64,000 bases of DNA from Selaginella moellendorffii (lineage: Eukaryota; Plantae; Lycopodiophyta): the NCBI RefSeq assembly GCF_000143415.4, contig NW_003314295.1:1285923-1349922 (forward strand), in the 5' to 3' direction. Of the stretch, positions 56,750 through 64,000 are shown in pieces; the stretch's first letter is position 1, and each line of letters begins with the position of its first letter. A model generated the notes under the pieces. It had not been told where the DNA came from. It was given only the letters and a program-made list of their open reading frames with translations, and did not search any database. Position numbers and translations under genes: made by a program.

Positions 56750-57214
56750 ATTTCTAGATTATATATTGGGTGGGTTGTTGCAATGTTTTATAGAATAAGA
56801 AGCTGAGTTGTAAAGAGTCTAAAGAGCTTATTTACTTTAAATATTAATTTTTTATTTTTCAAGTTCTTGACACTTTACAGATAGTCATGAATTGTGCTAT
56901 TAGTGGCAAACAAATGTTGATCATCTTTGAAAAACCAAAGACTCACGACAACATTTTAATTGCTCTTTTTTTTATAGCTGTTAATGGTTGTTTATCGTAA
57001 CAATTTAAAGTTTAACTGGAATTAATCATTTTTCATTTCTCTTGAGTCAGTTTAGCTTACTATCTTCAAAGATTATTCTAAATAAATATCAACTATATCA
57101 AGCATATTTTAAGTATATCTGTGGATATAGAGTTGTTTATATCTTCTATATTTAGAGAATAATTATATAAAAGACTTAGCACTATGTTAATTTAAAAATT
57201 AATTATTGTTTAGT

Positions 57215-58609
57215 TTAACAAACTTTACAGCTTTTCCTACACGCTCCTGGCCATTCCTGTGTGCCAACCATGTAACTTGGATTCTTGTCACACTCTCCAT
57301 ATGCAGCCCATTCTCCACACTTCTCATTCTCGTCGGCACACCCCTCTTTCTTGGGCTTCCCGAATGGAAGAACGTGAATCCACTTGGTGGCCGACCATTT
57401 CTCGCCTTCTATCACCGGACACCCGCCGTGCAAGCTCGATTCATCCGGAGTGGCATCCGGATGTAAACTATAGAACAGAAGAGCATCGCCTTTGCGTGGT
57501 TTCACTGCAAAAAGGAATGGCATGGTTCAAGGCAAAGATGCAAAGAGCAAAAGGCAATGGTTCTCACCTGCGATGCCTTTCTTAGCACAGTCGGACCAGG
57601 AGTCATCCTTAACAGTGGTGTCCTCCTAAAAAACCGAAGGAACAGACTAAAACGCTAGGACAATAAAATCTGAATTGGACAAACCTCTGACGAGGGGAAA
57701 ACTGTCTCGCCTCCCTTGACAACGTCCGAGAGGTACATGAGGACGGTGGCTATACGATGGCCACCGAGAGCTTGGTTGTATTTATCGTGAAAGTAGTCGT
57801 AGTGGGGCTCATATTTCTCGCCAAACTCGTAGCGTAGGACTTGGATGGCCTCACCGTTCTCTAGAAAAACAAACCCAAGGATAAACTTGGAAAAAAATAT
57901 GCAAAAGAAACTAGAACCTTTTGGTAAGAAAGTCCATGCGGCAATTCTTTCCTCGATCCTGTTAATCACTTCATCCTGGAGAGACAAAGGAATTTTTTTT
58001 TTTCTAAAATGACCGAGCAAGCGAGTACCTGTCCTTTCGAAAGAAACATTCCAGAGCTCGTTCGAATGTTGCTAAGGACACTCTTGCCAGACTCGTTGTC
58101 AGCCACCATAGATTTTTGGAGCTTATCCTTCGCCTATAAAACCGAAGTAGCAGATCATTCTCTTTTGTACGTTCTTAGAATAAATTTTTTTTTTATGGAG
58201 CTAGAGCAACGTACCATCTTCACGACGTGATCACACTCCGCAGCACTCATAAATCCCTTGTACAAGAACGCTCTAGCCAAAGAACAAAAAGGAAAAAAGA
58301 AAAGAAAGACCAATTCCTCCAACAAGGTCAACTTAAATCCTGGAAGAGATTCAAGAACATACCGAGGTTTCCAAGAGAGTTGGATCACTTTGGTCGGATC
58401 CACTATGGATTGATCGCTCTTGTCGGTCACAGATCTAATATTTCCATCCACGGAGTGCCTGGAAAAGAAGAAAAAGGGGGAAAATGGAGCTGGAGAAGTA
58501 GAATGTAGCATACTCACGTTTCCCCCATCCATCCTGGAAGATCGTCCACAGCTCCAAGAGCCAGAGACGCGAGCAGCAACAAAAGCGCCAAACGGAAGGC
58601 CTCCTCCAT
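57215..58609 (-). CDS. P4H: Prolyl 4-hydroxylase with C-terminal ShKT-like Cys domain
   Basis: Signal/anchor, QLSWKPRAFLYKGF.S..ECDH, RTSSGMFL, ENGEAIQVLRY..GEKYEPHYDYF, GGHRIATVLMYL..V..GGETVFP, SLHGGCPVIEGEKWSATKWIH, CADENEKC..WA..GEC.KNP.YM....GACRKSCKVC*. Confidence 0.96.
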
Positions 58610-58690
58610 AGCGAAGAAATAACGAAGAACCCTAAATCCTTAACCTAAGCTAGGCTAGGTTCGTGGGAGAGAAGGCGGCGATCGGGGACG

Positions 58691-60107
58691 ATGGATGTGG
58701 TGACCAGCACGCAAATGCTCGCCGGCCAGGGGATTGACAAGGTTGTCGTGCATCCGCTCGTTCTCCTGAGCATTGTGGACAACTACAATCGCGTCGCCAA
58801 GGATACGCGCAAGCGAGTTCTTGGCGTGCTGCTGGGCGCTACCTTCCGGGGCCGTGTGGATATCACTAACAGCTACGCAGGTATGGCCGATTTGTAGGAG
58901 ATTTCGAGGAGAGAATTTCTGGTTTCCTGGGGAGTCGTGAGAATTGTTCTTCCTTCTTGCAGTACCGTTTGAAGAGGATGACAGGGACCCAAGCATTTGG
59001 TTTTTGGATCACAACTATCACGAAGCGATGTTTGATATGTTCAAGCGGATCAATGGTAAGTTCTTCGTGTTTTTTCTTTGCTTGGCATTACGCTTGTGCT
59101 TGCAGCGAAGGAGCACGTTGTTGGATGGTACAGCACTGGTCCCAAACTACGTGAGAACGATCTTGACATTCACGAGCTCTTTAGGAAGTGAGAAATTTTG
59201 TTTCTCTCTTCTTCTTTTTTTCTGTTTGCTCATTTGTGTGATTACGTCTACCAGCTACGCTCCTAACCCAGTCCTGGTGATTATCGACGTACAACCCAGG
59301 GAGCTCGCAATCCCTACAAAGGCTTACTACTCCATCGAAGACGTCAAGGAGAACGCCACGCAAAAGAGTCAAAAGGCTTTCGTTCATGTGCCATCGGAAA
59401 TAGGCGCTTACGAAGCTGAAGAGATTGGTAAGAGTTTCCAGATTATCTCTTGTGTTACGTTGTGTTTCTTTTTCTTTAGGTGTCGAGCATTTGCTACGAG
59501 ATGTGAAGGATGCTACCGTATCGACACTCGCTACCGAGGTCAGAATTGACAGCAAATGATCATATAAGTTTTTCCTGATTGAATGAAGACCTCCAGATTG
59601 GAGCAAAACTACAATCCCTGAAAGGACTTGAGGCGCGACTGAAGGAGATACGCGCATACTTGGACAACGTTGTTGAAGGCCGATTACCATTGAATCACGG
59701 GATTCTTTACCATCTTCAGGTAAAAACCTCTACGGCGATTTAGTGACTGACAAGCTGTTTTAATCAGGACGTTTTCAATCTGCTCCCCAATCTAAACGTC
59801 CAGGAGCTCTTCAGATCTTTTGTTGGTAAGATTTCACGCGTTTGGCCAAAGTTTTCTCTCTTAGCTAAGCTCCGTGTCAAATTTTTCCAGTCAAGACGAA
59901 CGACATGATGCTCGTCATCTATCTCTCTTCTCTTATCCGAAGCGTCATCGCTCTACACAATCTCATCAACAACAAGGTATCGTTATTGAAAGGAGAAAAG
60001 CTTTACAATATATTTCTCTTGCTGTGCAGATGCTTAACAAGGAACACGAGAGACTCGCGGATGCTTCATCAGCTGGGTTAGTCATAACAGCTTCGGCGGG
60101 CAGCTAA
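58691..60107 (+). CDS. RPN8: 26S proteasome lid subunit RPN8 (PSMD7)
   Basis: [100 protein letters not shown]. Confidence 0.97.
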
Positions 60108-60192
60108 CTTTTCACCCAAGTATGTACCTTTTTCTATGGGAAATTTTTCTCTCTTGGTTTTCTCGTCGAAGTATTTACATCAGGGGCCACAG

Positions 60193-61036
60193 CTAGAAAT
60201 CTTCTTGCGACGGTGGTGGTGCCGCAACCTCGTCGTCGGTGTGCAAAAACCGGTAGAACTTTCCAGTGGGAGGAATAGACTTGGTGTTGGATTTGTACAA
60301 GCGGCCATCCCACTCGTAGAAGAGATTGAGGTTATCAACGAGCTTGTGGAAAACGTTGCATCCTTTACACTGCACGAAGAGAAGCTTGCGTGTTTGCGGA
60401 GAGGAAAGATGGAATAAATGGAAGAGTTTCTACCTGGACGAAGACTGTTCCATCTGTGTAAGCGTGAGGATTGATAGCTCTCATAGTTCGCGCTCCACAA
60501 ACGTTGCAAGTAAACGCCACTCTCATTCTTCGTCGTGGGGATTTGCTTAGAAGAGGCCACTGGTTCTCCTCCGAGAGGCTCGAGTTTTCTTTGGAGGTAA
60601 ATGCCGGGCCTTCCAAACCCGAGTCAGTCGTCCAGCCTTTGCCGCTAGCGGCTTGGAGAACCAATCCCATCGCCATCTCCTGTGAAAGAAGAAAAAGATT
60701 TAAATCTGCCCAAGGGATGATGAAAGAACTCCAAAATTTTACCTGAGAGAGGGGTTGGAAAGGATTGCTCAATGGGACTAAACTCCGCGTTGGGTCTTGC
60801 TCGCCACTGGTGCTCCCTGCCAAGGATTTCCAGCATAAACCCTGATTTTTCTTGCATCGCCGCTTACCGGAATGGATGGAATCAAATGCGATGTGCATCG
60901 CCGTGCGGGATGGATGAAACCTAACAGCGGCCCAATCCACGCTCCTGCCGCTGCTCCCAGCGGCGGTCGTGTGAGACTTGCCTGCGCCGCGATGGATCAC
61001 CGCCACCGGTGGAGGAGAGATGGAGCACACCGCCAT
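60193..61036 (-). CDS. DNL-type zinc-finger protein (Hsp70 escort/Zim17-like), likely plastid
   Basis: Transit-like N-terminus, GKGWTTDSGLEGP, SPRRRMRVAFTCNVCGART.RAINPHAYTDGTVFVQ|CKGCNVFHKLVDNLNLF. Confidence 0.92.
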
Positions 61037-61755
61037 TGCCACTTTGACAAAGGGTTAACGCGACTCGAATCGAATACTTAAATTTACTCTTATATTTAAT
61101 AAAACTTTAACAGTATTCAAAACACGTGTCAAGCTAGGACGACAGAGTAAAAATTTCACGCTACGGCTTAAGTCTAGAAATTCCCACGTTCCAATCTCCC
61201 CTTAGGTAAAATCCTTCTCAAACAATGAATCATGCTCCAACTCATGGACATTGGATAATTCACCAATAGATTATAGCCATATACAGTTTTTGTGTGTAAA
61301 TTTTAGACACGATTTTTTCACGCTTTTACAAATTATATGCCATAGTATGTACACACACGCAACATGTATTTTCGTACACCGGTCTTTCTTGTATAGCACA
61401 CAGCATTTTCTTTCTCATCGAACTACAAGGGGAGTGCTTCAACACCGGGGAGTCACTCTCTTTCCATCGAGATGATCACAGTGGCCTGCATTGCTAACGT
61501 ATTGAGAACTTACACTAGAGCAGTAAGGCACATACAATTGATCAAGAGTAGCTGAGTTTGCAATCTCTCTTGCATTGGGAAGTTGCTTTCTTCTAGAGCG
61601 GGGCTGAAAGGTAAGATCTTTTCTTTCGTTCCTACTGGTGTTTTATTTCGACCACTTCTAGGATCTCGGTGAGCTCTAGAAGCATCTAAGAGCTGAACAA
61701 TTGTTGTGGGTATCTTGTGAGGTAAGATCATTTTTTTTTATTCCTCGCCATTCAT

Positions 61756-64000
61756 AAACTTGTGATGCAATTGGCTTGTGCATTAAGTTAGTAGTGAGAT
61801 GCATTGAGCTCAATTCACTATCAACTGAAGTTATTTCCTTTAAACTTGTGATGCAATTGGCCTATGCATTAAGTTAGTAGTGAGATGCATTGAGCCCAAT
61901 TCATTATTAACTGAAGTTATTTCCTTTTTATCTCTCTATCCAAAGAAGGTGAGCAAGCTTAAATCTTTATTTCATTCCTCTGTGTTTAAAAGCTTTTATT
62001 GATTTTTAGAGTTTATCACTCTTCTTTAGCTAAATCACCTAAGATTAAAACAATTTGGGACAAGTTGAGCACTAGGTAATAGAACATTTTCATTTCAAAA
62101 TCTTTTATTTTCATTTTTAAATCTTAACACAATTTATCAACTTATGATGCAATTGAATAAATAATCAATAGTGAGGCATATTGAGTTTGGTTCAATATTA
62201 ATTGAAATTATCTCTTCCATCTTTCTATCTAGAATAGGTGAGCATGCTTAAATCTTTGTTTCATTTCTCTATGTTTAAAAACCTTTCTTGGTTTCTAGAG
62301 CTTATCATTTTTATTTAGCTAAATCATCCAAGAGTAAAACAATTTGGGATGAGTAGAGCACTAGATAAAATAACATTTTATTTTCAAGATCTTTTGTTTT
62401 TGTTTTTAAATCTTAACACAATTTATCAACTTATGATGCAACTGAATGATTAATCGATAAGGCATATTGAGCCTAATTCACTATTAACCAAAGTTGTCTT
62501 CACTCCATCTCTCAATCTAAAGGAAGTGAGTGGGTTTAAATTTTTATTTCATTCTTATGTGTTTAAAAGCCTTCTCTGGTTTCCAGAGTTTATCGCTCTT
62601 CTTTAGGTAAATCATCTAAGAGCACAATAATTTGAGTCAAACAAAGCACCATATAAGAGAATATTTTGCTTTCAAGATCTTTTGTTTTTGTTTTTAAATC
62701 CTAACATAATTTATCAACTTGTCATGCATCTAAATAACTAATTAATAAGGAGACGTGTTGAACCCAATTCACTATCAGCCAAAATTATCTCTTTTCCATC
62801 TCTCCATCCAAATGAGGTGAGTAGGCTTGAATCTTTACTTCATTCTTTTATGTTTCAAAGCCTTCATTAGTTTCTAAAGTTTATTGCTCTTCTTTAGCTA
62901 AATCATTTAAAAGTAGAATAATTTGGGTCAAATAGAGCATTATATAAAAGAATATTCTACTTTCAAGATCTTTTGTTTTCATTTTAAAATCCTAACACAA
63001 TTTATCAATTTGTGATAGAATTAAACAATAAATCAATACTGAGGTGCATTGAGCCTGGTTCACTATTAACCAAAATTTTCTCCTCTCCATCTCTTTTTGC
63101 AAAGGAGGTGAGTAAGCTTAAATCTTTACTTCATTCCTCTATGTTTAAAAGCCTTCACTAATTTCCAAAATTTATTGTTCTTCTTTAGCTAAATCAATGA
63201 AGAGTAAAACAATTTGGGATAAGCAAAGCACTAGGTAATAAAACATTTTGCCTTAAAGATATTTTATTTTTATTTTAAAATCTTAACACAATTTATTAAC
63301 TTGTGATGCAGCTAAATGACTAATCAATAGTGATGTGCACTGAGCTCAGTTCACTATCAATCAAAGTTGTTTCTTCTTCATCTCTCCATCCAAAATAGGT
63401 GAGAGGGATTAAATCTTTGTTTTATTCCTCTATGTTTAAAAACCTTTGTTGGTTTTTAGAGTTTATTATTTTTCTTTACCTAAATCATCCAAGAGCACAA
63501 CAATTTGGGACGAACAAGGCACCAGATAAGAGCATATTTTTTTTAAAAAATCATTTGTTTTCATTTTTAAATCCTAACATAATTTATCAACTTGTGATGC
63601 AATTGAACAATTAATCAATAGTGAGGCGCATTAAGCCTAATTCATTATCAACCAAAGTTGTTTCTTCTCCATCTCTCAATTTAGAGGAGGTGAACAAGTT
63701 TAAATCTTTGCTTCATTCTTTCGTGCTTAAAAGTTTTTGTTGGTTTTTAGAGCTTATTGCTCTTCTTTAGTTAAATCATCCAAAAGTAGAATAATTTAGG
63801 ACGAACAAGGCACTAGGTAAGAGCACATTTATTTTTCAAGATCATTTATTTTTGTTTTTAAATTCTAACACAATTTATCAACTTGTGATGCAATTGAACA
63901 ACTAATCAATAGTGAGGCACACTCAACTTAGTTCACTATCAACCAAAGTCGTTTCCTTTCTATCTTTCTATCCAAAGGAGGTGAGTAGGCTTAAATTTTT
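61756..64000. repeat. Tandem array of a ~291-bp AT-rich unit (>=7 copies, continues beyond the window), preceded by an ~85-bp sub-duplication
   Basis: Marker aatttat(c/t)aa recurs at 62131, 62420, 62708, 62999, 63290, 63581 and 63872 (spacing 289, 288, 291, 291, 291, 291). Confidence 0.95.

Noticed and set aside
23107-58609. HPAT and P4H (consecutive steps of hydroxyproline arabinosylation) in one window as a gene cluster
   Set aside because: They are over 30 kb apart with many unrelated genes between, and both belong to multigene families; coincidence is sufficient.
61756-64000. Tandem array as a CRISPR or rDNA array
   Set aside because: No repeat-spacer alternation, no rRNA similarity, and the context is a plant nuclear genome.

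Overview
Eukaryotic, gene-dense land-plant nuclear DNA. The very short (~50-60 nt) GT-AG introns, tiny intergenic gaps and several intronless S-motif-rich PLS-class PPR genes point to the lycophyte Selaginella; this is an inference and no database was searched. About 30 genes or gene remnants can be read by manual splicing: a CHD remodeller (runs off the left edge), a NudC-type Nudix hydrolase, UBC2/RAD6, three PLS-E PPRs, a PPR-SMR, ER Hsp70 (GRP170), SPIRAL1-like, a GGQ release-factor protein, PyrR, HPAT, ELF3, a CGFS glutaredoxin, beta-carbonic anhydrase, R2R3-MYB, a SPARK-type receptor kinase, MTP12, P4H, RPN8 and a zf-DNL protein. There are also pseudogenes (polyamine oxidase, uL13, eIF5, P450 fragment), a hAT remnant, a decayed ~5.3 kb tandem duplication and a 291-bp tandem array at the right end. 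The most notable signals are not visible in the ORF track. (1) The NudC gene splices in frame into a complete Janus/Ocnus (PHPT1-type phosphohistidine phosphatase) domain. (2) A two-exon secreted peptide has a conotoxin-like C-C-CC-C-C cystine-knot framework. (3) A three-exon metallothionein-like gene keeps only one Cys cluster. (4) A duplicated 74-aa orphan microprotein shows a synonymous excess and ABRE-rich promoters. Exon boundaries were read by eye and may be off by a few bases.
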